A stretch of 64,000 bases of DNA. Source: Squalus acanthias. Its lineage: Eukaryota. Positions within the stretch are counted from its first letter, which is position 1; each line of letters opens with the position of its first letter. The position numbers and the translations under genes were made by a program. Location: assembly GCA_030390025.1 (NCBI GenBank), contig CM059432.1, positions 4,712,001 to 4,776,000 on the forward strand. The letters are read 5' to 3'. A model generated the notes under the pieces. It made no database searches, was not told the origin of the DNA, and saw only the letters and a list, made by a program, of their open reading frames with translations. Below are positions 12,295 through 22,989 of the stretch, one piece after another.

Positions 12295-14252
12295 AAATGC
12301 TCCCAATAACAGCAACGTGACAGTGACCAGATAATCTGTTTTTGTTTTGTTGATTGAGTAATAAATATTGGCCAGGACACCGGGGATAACTCTCCTGCTG
12401 TTCTTCAAAATAGAGGCCGTGGGATCTTTTACGTCCACCTGAGAGAGCAGACGGGGCCTCGGTTTAACGTCTCATCCGAAAGACGGTACCTCCGACAGTG
12501 CAGCACTCCCTCAGTACTGCACTGGGAGTGTCGGCCTAGCTTTATGTGCTTTGTAGGGGTGGTGGTTTGTGTCAGCTTCACCTCTGACTTCTGAGCGGTT
12601 CGAATCGCTCCCACTCCCTTGGTTCTAGACCTTGGACTTATTTGGGGGTTGTGACAAAAGGTGCAGCAGACAACTGAGTTTGATGAAAAGAACTTCAATC
12701 TTTATTCAAAAGGTAAATCACAAATGACAACACTCTTAACACTCTGAACACTCAGTACAAGCGAGGGAAATGACAGTAGAACAATACTTCACCCCTCCCA
12801 ACCCCACTTTACTAGCTAACTTAGGTTTTGAAGGACCAGGGATAATGCTCACCAATCCTTTGACAGTTGGGCTAAATCGCGATTTTGGGGTTCGCTGTTT
12901 ATGGCGGATAGTGTCTGCCGTACCCCATACACGGTAGAGGACTTCACCTGCATCTCTGGTCAGTCTTCGCGAGTCCGCTGATGCGGTAGGATGTCGTTAT
13001 GGATTTATCTGGTGAGTACCCAATTTCTTTGGTTTAGCAGTAGGGTTTAGAGTCTTTGGGGAAAATCTTACCCAGGGGTAAGTCAGGAGTAGTTTGTAGT
13101 GTGGAAACTTTGCGGTTCTTCGGGTTTTTCTTCCCTTGAGTTGGTCTTTGTTGGTCGCAGTGGCCTGCTATTGCCCGGTCCGTTGGGGGCAATATGCAGT
13201 TGTTGGTTTCTTGAGGCCTTTGGTTTCCGCGATGGTTTTAGGCCTTGTCTAGTGTGTCGGTCGACCTCGTGGAGCCGTCGGTGACTTGTTGCTGCTTGTT
13301 GCTCCGGGTGACTGTGTTGGGGCCGTTGTTGGAGGTCCGTCGAGGTGGTATCTTCACGAGCTGGACTCAGGTGTGTCTGAGTGGTGAGTGATGCCGACTC
13401 GCTTCCAGCTCGGTTTGTCTTCTTCCTGGTTCCTTCTTCTTCTGATGACCACGGACCTTGAACTGCTTAACGGGCCTTCAATTATACGGAATTGAAGTGG
13501 CCTTATCTACCCGCCAAATCTACCCAGTTCATTGTCTGGTTTTGGCGGTCTCGTAAATCGGAACGACTTACTAGCGTGTTAACTGGTTTTTTAACAGGCC
13601 TTCAATCTCACCCATTGAACATGGCCTTATCTACCCGCCAAATCTACTCAGTTCATTGTCTGATTTTGGCGGGCCTGTTACCAGTAACTGCTCTGTAAGT
13701 GTCAAATGGCTTTTTGGGATGGCTTGCATCCTGTCGATCTCCTTGGTTGATCACTGGTGATTGATTTCATGTTTTGGGTTTCTAGGCTGGACTCGGTCTT
13801 TTCTATAGAATGGTCCTGAGTGGGTTTTATTATCCATGTTTTCTGATGGACCCTGTAATCGGTTTGATGGGGCCTGTTATTTTGGGTGGGACTGTCTTCT
13901 CCCAGGGTCTATTGTTCAAATGTTAATGTCTGCTGGGGCTTGAGTGAGGTCATCCCGGTTCCCCAGACAGTGTAATTAACTGCAATAACCAAAACTGCTT
14001 TTACAGAGGTCGAGCCCACCTCCTTCTCCCTTTACAGGCCCAGACATAGTTTTAAAATGCCAAAACTTGGGTTTTGGTCTTAAATTCCTTAGGTTAGGCC
14101 CAAATGCATTTTTATCACTCTGAGGTAGTTCCAAAGTCCTTTTTCCTTAGGTTTTTGGGGATCTGCAAAATTTTGGGAACCTTACAGCTTAAGTCTCTGG
14201 AGTGGAACTTGAACCCACAACCTTCTGACTCAGAGGCGAGTGTGCTACCCAC
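12295..14252 (-). mobile_element. DeuSINE split by a solo LTR (SINE parts about 12295-12551 and 14187-14252)
   Basis: SINE sequence TTTATGTGCTT|AAGTCTCTGGAGTGG resumes exactly after the insert. Confidence 0.85.
12552..14186 (-). mobile_element. Solo LTR (1635 bp)
   Basis: Ends TGTAGG...CCTTACA; 4-bp TSD GCTT (12548-12551, 14187-14190); minus-strand AATAAA at 12701-12706; no convincing ORF. Confidence 0.85.
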
Positions 14253-14267
14253 TTCTTCTCCCCTTCT

Positions 14268-15250
14268 TAGAAACATAGAAACATAGAAAATAGGTACAGG
14301 AGTAGACCATTCGGTCCTTCGAGCCTGCACCGCCATTCAATGCGTTCATGGCTGAACATGCTACCTCAGTACCCCATTCCTGCTTTCTCGCCATACCCCT
14401 TGATCCCCCTAGTTGTGAGTGTTATATCTAACTCCGTTTTGAATATATTTAGCGAACTGGCCTCAACAACCTTCTGTGGAAGAGAATTCCATAGATTCAC
14501 CACTCTCTGGGTGAAGAAGTTCCTCCTCAGCTCAGTCCTAAATGGCTTCCCCTTAATCCTTAGACTGTGACCCCTGGTTCTAGTTTTCCCTACCATTGGG
14601 AACATTCTGCCCGCATCTAATTTGTCTAAACCAGTCAGGATTTTAAATGTCTCTATAAGATCCCCCCTCATTCTTCTGAACTCCAGAGGATACAAGTTCA
14701 GTTGACCCAATCTTTCTTGATATGTCAGTCCGGCCATCCCAGGAATCAATCTAGTGAACCTTCGCTGCACTCCCTCAATAGCAAGAATGTCCTTCCTTAA
14801 GTTAGGAGACCAAAACTGCGCACAATACTCCAGGTGTGGCCTCACCAAGGCCCTGTACAACTGCAGCATCACCTCCCTACTCCTGTACTCAAATCCCCTT
14901 ACTATGAAGGCCATCATTCCGTTTGCTTTCTTGACTGCCTGCTGCACTTGCATTCCCACCTTCAATGACTGATGTACCATGATGCCCAGGTCTCGTTGCA
15001 CCTCCCCTTTCCCTAATCTGCCACCATTCAGGTAATAGTCCGCCTCTCTATTTTTACCACCAAAGTGGATAACCTCACATTTATCCACATTGTACTTCAT
15101 CTGCCATACATTTGCCCATTCACCCAACCTGTCCAAGTCACTCTGTAGCCTCCTAGCATCCTCCTCATTGTTCACACTGCCTCCCAATTTAGTGTCATCC
15201 GCAAATTTGGAGATATTACATTTAATCCCTTCGTCCAAATCATTAATATA
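14268..15250 (-). mobile_element. 5'-truncated CR1
   Basis: ORF 14366-15295 is open from YINDLD...FADD to the C-terminus; tandem tail at about 14268-14290. Confidence 0.92.
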
Positions 15251-16030
15251 TTGCCCCCTTTTCGGAGCTGTTATTACCGTCAAACGGACAGACAAAATGC
15301 CGGTCCTCAGAGTATGGTTTGTATGGTTCTAAATTAATTTTCTTGGTTTGCTGTTTTATGCCAATATACCCTGCAGCTTGTCTACAGAGCTCCTCCGACT
15401 GTTTCTTCAGGCCTCTCATAAATCTGTCCCGAGTTACTTCCTTCTCCTGTCTTTCAGTCAGAACAGGCACCAATAGGTGTAGCGGTGTTCTCCTCGGTCT
15501 CCCTGTCTTCAACTCCTGAAGTGAGTATCCTGTTGTACGAGAGGTTCTCCCCCTAATAATCAACACCAGTGGGAATTGATTGCGATCCAACCCTCCTCCT
15601 TGTGTTTCATTAGAAACAAGCCACATTCTGCTTGCAAACGCTTCAGGGTGTTCCTCCTTCCCCTGCATAGTTTGTGCCATGATCTTAAATGGATCACCCC
15701 TTCCATACCCGTAAGCTTCTCTAACGTGTCGCTTAGTATCGTCCCAAGTTACCGCGGGTCGGTCATACTTGGTGTCTTGGGGAGGCCCAGCCAGAACTGC
15801 CCTCTCTTTTTCTCGGATTCGTCACGAAACTGCATCGCAGCCATCGTTGCTCATTGCAAAAGGTGCCCTTCCACATCTCCTCCCCATCCGAGGGTTCCTA
15901 AATCCCTTGCTGCTTCCCTTAATTGTGAGGGAGTATAAGCTTCATCATAATTTGACAATACCGGGACTCCCCCAGCCACCGGTGTCGTTTTTGTCTGCCG
16001 TACCGGACACATTACTCCTCGCCCTACACA
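15250..16030 (-). pseudogene. ERV-like copy C: gag (capsid-like) fused to integrase C-terminus plus a short env piece
   Basis: Near-identical to 26275-26995; ORF 15243-15680 ends in env-derived YSEDRHFVCPFDGNNSSEKG. Confidence 0.8.
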
Positions 16031-16091
16031 ACATAAGAACATAAGAATTAGGAGCAGGAGTAGGCCATTAGTCCCCTCCTACACTACGCCA

Positions 16092-17566
16092 GAAATTCAA
16101 AATAACTGGAATTATCTGATAAAGTATGTTTTGATATATAATCTGATTGGCTGGGCCCAATACCAGGCCATTTTTGGGTCCTGGTATTTGCTTTGGACAC
16201 TCAGGAGATTTGTATTGGGCCGAAAATTCATCCCGGGACGCGAGAGTACGCACTGCGTACTCTCGCGTATTCCCACTCCAATTGCCGGTTTTCTGCATGC
16301 CCTGCGCATGCGCTGAAAACCGGCAATTGCTCTTTTGAAAAGGGGGCGGTTCCTCGGTGCATCGCGTGCGCGCTACAGGCTGCGCGCACGCTGTGCACTT
16401 CATGCTTTGGACGCGCAGGTAAGTACGGAAGATTTTGGAAATGGAAAAAGGAGGAGTAAGACCCACTTTTAAGAAGGTAAGTAGTGAATTAAGTATTTTT
16501 TTGAATTTTTTTTAACAGGTATATCTTTTTTAGAGACTTTAAAGACAGGTAAGTTTATTTTTATAACTTTTTAAAAGATTTTAAATTTTTTCAAAAATTT
16601 AATTTTTTATTTAAAATGGTTAATTTAATTAACTATACTTATTTTATTAATGTGATGGGTTTTTTTTTAAATTTAATTGAGGTTTAGCTGTTATTTTGGG
16701 GGGGGTGTAAGATTCATAGATTTCACAGCACGTATAGTGAAACTTATGAATGGAAGATGGTGTGCTGCCATTGGCTCTAACTGAGTCACGTGATCCCACA
16801 GCTCGCACGAATTCACTACGCCGCTGGGATACGCAAGCACTGCCCAGCTGATATCTGGAACATCAAGTTCGTGCGAGCTGGATCTGAAAAAGCACAAGCG
16901 AGGTGAGAGATCGCGGGGAAGCCTTACCCCCGCGGGAACAGAGCGAGATCAATTTCTGGGCCATTGTTTTAATTCGGGTGTTTTCTTTGGTGCCGTTTTT
17001 AACGGATACATTATTATAGTTTGATGGTTTACTTCTTCTCTACTCGCACTCTTTCCTGCTACATTATTCCCAAACACACTACAATCACAATAATATCTGC
17101 CTTCGTATTGCTTATTCCAATTCGGCCAACAGTAGACTATACCGTCACTCACGGAGTGATTGGTTTCGTACAGTCTTACAGATACAGCCGGTTCTATATT
17201 TAACCTTTCCACACTAGGTTTTCCCGGTACGGGTGTGAGCAGTACCACACCTGTGACATTACGTAATCTAGCTATTGTGCACTTGTTACCATCCCCGGGT
17301 GACTCAAAGCTACATTTAGCACAAATTCGTCTCCCTTCCTTTACCTCGATCACCTTTACCAAAGCTGAATGATGCTTGCGTCCTGTTGCCCCCTTTTCAG
17401 AGCTGTTATTACCATCAAACGGACAGGCAAAATACCGTTCCTCAGCGTATGTTTCAGCTTCGGCCGTTTTCCCCGGGTAGGTGACCGTCGACGAGCACCA
17501 ATCTACTTCGGAGGTCACACGTTCGCACCACACGATTCCCAAGAGAAGCGCCAACACACTCTTCAT
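16092..17566 (-). pseudogene. env: ERV-like copy B env, N-terminal part, split by a MITE
   Basis: ORF 16949-17566 nearly identical to 25005-25736; continues at 16216-16092 (YKSPECPKQIPG...IIPVILN). Confidence 0.8.
16217..16962. mobile_element. MITE family C (Harbinger-like)
   Basis: TIR GGGCCGAAAATT...AATTTCTGGGCC; TSD ATT shown by the empty site GTATTGTTTT at 25131-25140; second copy at 42291-43033. Confidence 0.9.
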
Positions 17567-17732
17567 CTTTTCCTCCTGTTCCCTTTCTCCCTGTAAAATA
17601 AAATAAACAAAGGTTCGCTCTGCGTTGGCCCCAACGACACTGTCCAGGCTACGCTGATCCGATTGGATAAATAAGTAACTTATTCATTTACAGAATTTAC
17701 ATGCCTGCTCTTGGCATTTATGACTCCTCAAG

Positions 17733-18345
17733 TTATATTTCGGGCCTCTCGGGCTGGCGCCCTTTGGGCTCTCTCCCTTTCCAGTATTTAATCGTACTCA
17801 TAACAGTCCCTTCCGCTCTCTGTTGTTTCCTTTGGGGTTTGTACAGTTTCATTTGATTGGTGTGGAACCATTTTACCTTCTTGGGTAGTTGTACCACATA
17901 TACCAGTGGGCGAGCCTTTCCCACAATATCATTCGGTCCCTTATACAGCGGTTGAAACAATCCTACCTGCATAATTCCTCGCCATCACCTTAACCCCTAT
18001 CTTCCATTCCTGTGGTTTGTATGGTTCGAAATTCATTTTATTGGTTTGGTGTTTTCTCCCAAAATCCCCTGCAGCTTGTCTACAGAGCTCCTCCGACTGT
18101 TTCTTCAGGTCTCTCACACATCTGTCCCGAGTTACTTCCTTCTCCTGTCTTTCAGTCAGAACAGGCACGAATAGGTGTAGCGGTGTTCTCCTCGGTCTCC
18201 CTGTCTTCAACTCCTGAGGTGAGTATCCTGTTGTACGAGAGGTACTCCCCCTAATAATCAACACCAGTGGTAACATTTCATCCTGCTCTGTAATGGCTTT
18301 ACTCCATTCCAGGCTTCTTTTCACTAATGCCTCCCAGTCGTATGC
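17733..18345 (-). pseudogene. pol: ERV-like copy B integrase C-terminus
   Basis: DEMLPLVL...TTGYSPQELKTGRP (end of the integrase core); GVKVMARN...LYKGP...WFHTNQMKLY (GPY/F and SH3-like tail); frameshifted. Confidence 0.8.
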
Positions 18346-21300
18346 TGCCAGCGTTTATTGCCCATCCCTAATTGCCCTTGAGAAGGTGGTGGTGAGCCGC
18401 CTTCTTGAACCGCTGCAATCCCGTGTGGTGAAGGTGCTCCCACGGTGCTGTTAGGGAGGGAGTTCCAGGATTTTGACCCAGCGACGATGAAGGAACTGTG
18501 ATATATTTCCAAGTCAGGATGGTGTGTGACTTGGAGAGGAACTTGGAGGTGGTGGTGTTCCCATGCGCCTGCTGCCCTTGTCCTTCCAGGTGGAAGAGGT
18601 CGCGGGTTTGGGAGGTGCTGCTGAAGAAGCCTTGGTGAGTTGCTGCAGTGCATCTTGTAGAGGGTACACACTTGAGCCACGGTGCACCAGTGGTGGAGGG
18701 AGTGAATGTTTAAGGTGGTGGATGAGGTGCCAATCAAGCGGGCTGCTTTGTCCTGGATGGTGTCGAGCTTCTTGAGTGTTGTTGGAGCTGCACTCATCCA
18801 GGCAAGTGGAGAGTATTCCATCACACTCCTGACTTGTGCCTTGTAGACGTTGGAAAGGCTTTGGGGAGTCAGGAGGTGAGACACTCGCCGCAGAATACCT
18901 AGCCGCAGACCTGCTCTTGTTGCCACAGTATTTATGTGGCTGGTCCAGTTAAATTTCCGGTCAATGGTGACCCCCAGGATGTTGATGGTGGGGGATTCGG
19001 CAATGGTAATGCTGTTGAATGTCAAGGGGCGGTGGTTAGACTTTCGCTTGTTGGAGATAGTCATTGCCTGCCACTTGTGTGGCGCAAATGTTACTTGCCA
19101 CTTATCAGCCCAAGCCTGAACGTTGTCCAGGTCTTGTTGCATGCGGGCAAGGACTGCTTCATTATCTGAGGAGTTGTGAATGGCACTGAACACAGTGCAG
19201 TCATCAGCGAACATCCCCATTTCTGACCTTATGTTGGAGGGAAGGTCATTGATGAAGCAGCTGAAGATGGTTGGGCCTAGGACACTGCCCTGAGGAACTC
19301 CTGCAGCGATGTCCTGGGGCTGTGATGATTGACCTCCAACCACCACAACCATCTTCCTTTGTGCTAGGTATGACTCCAGCCAGTGGAGACTTTTCCCCCC
19401 CAATTCCCATTGACTTCAGTTTTACTAGGGCTCCTTGATGCCACACTCAGTCAAATGCTGCCTTGATGTCAAGGGCAGTCACTCTCACCTCACCTCTGGA
19501 ATTAAGCTCTTTTGTCCATGTTTGGACCAAGGCTGTAATGAGGTCAGGAGCCGAGTGGTCTTGGCGGAACACAAACTGGGCATCAGTGAGCAGGTTATTG
19601 GTGAGTAAGTGCTGCTTTATAGTATTGTCAGTTTGCTGATGATTGAGAGTAGACTGATAGGGCGGTAATAGGCCGGATTGGATTTGTCCTGCTTTTTGTG
19701 GACAGGACATATCTGGGCAGTTTTCCACATTGTCGGATAGATGCCAGTGTTGTAGCTGTACTGGAACAGCTTGGCTAGAGGCGCGGCTAGTTCTGGAGCA
19801 TAAGTCTTCAGTATGATAGCCGAGATGTTGTCGGGGCCCATAGCCTTTGCTGTATCCAGTGCGCTCAGCCGTTTCTTGATATCACGTGGAGTGAATCGAA
19901 TTGGCTGAAGACTGGCATCTGTGATGGTGGGGACTTCAGGAGGAGGCCGATATGAATCATCCACTCGGCACTTCTGGCTGAAGATTGTTGCAAACGCTTC
20001 AGCCTTGTCTTTTGCACTCACGTGCTGGGCTCCACCATCATTGAGGATGGGGATATTCATGGAGCCTCCTCCTCCCGTTAGTTGTTTAATGGTCCACCAC
20101 CATTCATGACTGGATGTGGCAGGACTGCAGAGCTTTGATCTGATCCGTTGATTGTGGGATTGCTTAGCCCTGTCTATAGCATGCTGCTTCCACTTTTTAG
20201 CATTCATGTAGTCCTGTGTTGCAGCTTCCCCAGGTTGGCACCTCATTTTTAGGTACACCTGGTGCTGCTCCTGGCATGCTCTTCTACACTCCTTCTTGAA
20301 CCAGGGTTGGTCCCCTGGCTTGATGGTAATGGTAGAGTGAGGGATATGCCAGGCCATGAGGTTACAGATTGTGGTGTAATACAATTCTGCTGCTGCTGCT
20401 GGCCCACAGCACCTCATAGATGCCCAGTTTTGAGCTGCTAGATCTGTTCTGAATCTATCCCATTTAGCATGGTGGTAGTGCCACACAACACCATGGAGGG
20501 TGTCCTCAGTGTGAAGACGGGACTTCGTCTCCACAATGACTGTGCGGTGGTCACTGCTGTCATGGACAGATGCATCTGCGACAGGTAGATTGGTGAGGAT
20601 GAGGTCAAGTAGGTTTTTCCCTCGTGTTGGTTCGCTCCCCACCTGTCGCAGGCCCAGACTGGCAGCTATGTCCTTCAGGACTCGGCCAGCTCGGTCAGTA
20701 ATGGTGCTACGGAGCCACTCCTGGTGATGGACATTGAAGTCCCACACCCAGAGTACATTCTGTGCCCTTGCTACCCTCAGTGCTTCTTCCAAGTGGTGTC
20801 CAACATGGCGGAGTACGGATTCATCAGCTGAGGGAGGGCGGTAGGTGGTAATCAGCAGGAGGTTTCCTTGCCCATGCTTGACCTGAAGCCATGAGACTTC
20901 ATGGGGTCCGGAGTCAATGTTGAGGACTCCCAGGGCCTCTCCTTCCCGACTGTATACCACTGTGCTACTACCCCTGGTGGGTCTGTCCTGCGGGTGGGAC
21001 AGGACATACCCAGGGATGGTGATGGAGGAGTTTGGGACATTGGCTGAAAGGTATGATTCTGTGAGTATGACTATGTCAGGCTGTTGCTAGTCTGTGGGAC
21101 AGCTCTCCCAATTTTGGCACAAGTCCCCAGATGTTGGTGAGAAGGACTTTGCAGGGTCAACTGGGTTGGGTGTGCCATTGCCGTGTCCGTAGCCGGTGCC
21201 TTAGTCGATGCCAGGTGGACCGTCCAGTTTTATTGTGCTTCGTAGTGTTTATTGCAACTGAGTGGCTTGCTAGGCCATTTCAGAGGGCAGCTCTGGAGTC

Positions 21301-21476
21301 AGACCGGGTAAGGACGGCAGATTTCCTTCCCTAAAGGACATTAGTGAACCAGATGGGTTTTTTACGACAATCCAATGGTCACCATTACTGATACTAGCTT
21401 TTTTTCTATTCCAGATTTATTTAATTAACTCTCTGGATCACTAGCCCAGTAACATTACCACTGTGCTACCATTCCC
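18345..21476 (-). mobile_element. APE+RT non-LTR retrotransposon (clade unassigned) with a tRNA-derived 5' end
   Basis: TYRPPS, DFNVHH, SDH, ALDIKAAFD, QGSVLGP and FADD in ORFs 19617-20960, 19447-19728 and 18324-19403; 5' end 21260-21476 matches the SINE at 43200-43631. Confidence 0.88.
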
Positions 21477-21844
21477 TCAGCTGCCTGTACTTCTAGGTAG
21501 CTGCACCTTGTCTCCATCGTTTTCCTTGCTTCTTCTCTCTCCTGTCTAGCCTCCAACAATTCTTTCATCAATCTTGTTATTACTGCATCCATTTCCTGCA
21601 GCCTTTCAACCTTCTCCTCCAACCTTTCTTCATATCACTGATGTTCCTGTGCTAACTGTTGTGTTTTCCGCCTGTATGCTAACAACCGCACAGGGCGTAT
21701 CCATTTTGGATTTCTCTTGGCCATGGGAGTTTCCTCCCATTCCTCAGCTTCTTTTAGGGGATCGGATGCAGCTGCGATGACTCGTGCCCATCCCTCTTTC
21801 AAAGGTAATTTCTTACCCAAATACTGCTCTACCCTCTCTTCCAT
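21477..21844 (-). pseudogene. gag: ERV-like gag N-terminus (coiled-coil)
   Basis: ATG 14 nt after the PBS; MEERVEQYLG...QEHQ*YEERLEEKVERLQEMDAVITRLMKELLEARQEREEARK in one frame with a single TGA. Confidence 0.65.
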
Positions 21845-21858
21845 TTGTCCCCTATCAG

Positions 21859-21876
21859 ATCCCTGTTCGGGCGCCA
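21859..21876 (-). promoter_or_regulatory. Primer-binding site, tRNA-Lys(UUU)
   Basis: TGGCGCCCGAACAGGGAT, 17/18 identical to the canonical tRNA-Lys3 PBS TGGCGCCCGAACAGGGAC. Confidence 0.9.
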
Positions 21877-21883
21877 CTAAATC

Positions 21884-22936
21884 TTTAGCTGGTGAACCCG
21901 CTCCTTCCCTTTTACACTCTAATTCCAGAATCCGACCTGAACCCGTCCGGGTGGGGTAAAATGGTCAAGGCTCACAACTCAGTACAACTCAGTATTCTTT
22001 TAACTGTTTATTGTACTATGGATAACACACAAACGTCAATGCACTGTTCCCTTTAACTTCAAACAGTGCTCACACACACTGTTCCCTTTAACTCTCTATA
22101 ATTTCAAACACCACTCACCCCGGTGATCACTCGGAGGAGTATGTTTCCATCTGTACGGGTGATCAAATCCATCCGCAGTTCCCTTGGAAGTTGCCGAAGT
22201 TTGTCCCTAAACGCACCCTTTTTAAGATACAAAGATCATACCCGTGACAATTGATTGACGCAACCACCACCCCACTCCCCCTTTAGTTGTATCATCTTAA
22301 TCTTGTCTGTTTGTGATAATCTATAGAGTGTTTGATTTGATCACTTCCCCATCATTGGTCAGTGAATAGTCCATTATCACACGAGGAAATGTCCTCATTC
22401 TGTTCGATGTTCAACCATTATCACACAAAGGTGTTTTGATGGGGAAAAATTCCGGGCTTATCAGCATTCTGAAAGGTTGGCGAATGGGTTTTACTCCAGC
22501 AACAATTTTGATGTTAACATCTCCAAAGGATGAGGGAACCGATCCAGACTTGGTAGAACCAGGGTCGTTACCTGTCCTGTTGATTTGTAAGTCTTGTTAA
22601 CAGCCTAACCGCAGGAGTTCAATGGACCGGACAGTCAGTTAAATTTAAACAGACACATGTCATTGTGTGGCCTGATCACTCCAGCTACTTCCTTGGTTCG
22701 TATATTCATAAAGTCAATCAATGGTGTCTGTGTCTCTGTGTGAATAATTTGCTCCTGCTTTCCGTTCAGCTCACAGCTTGTCTTAAAAGTTCATTTAAAA
22801 GTCCCGTTGGTTCCTCGAGGCATGCTGGGATATGAAGCTTGGTCAATTTACAAAACTGGCTTCACAGTACAGCCACTTAACCCTTTAATATCGATTTACT
22901 TTCAGTTAATGCATTCTTGCTGCAGGACTGGCTCCA
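21884..22936 (-). mobile_element. LTR of the ERV-like element (~1050 bp)
   Basis: Lies between env and the PBS; ends TGGAGCC...AGCTAAA (likely decayed TGTAGC...GCTACA); AATAAA at 22007-22012; 22232-22936 is repeated at 34852-35563, where it starts TGTAGCC. Confidence 0.85.
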
Positions 22937-22952
22937 GGGGTCCACCCCCAAG
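22937..22952 (-). promoter_or_regulatory. Candidate polypurine tract
   Basis: GGGGGTGGA shortly 5' of the LTR start and ~40 nt after the env stop. Confidence 0.45.
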
Positions 22953-22989
22953 TGACTGATGTACCGACTCCTCAGGGAATCAGTCACTT

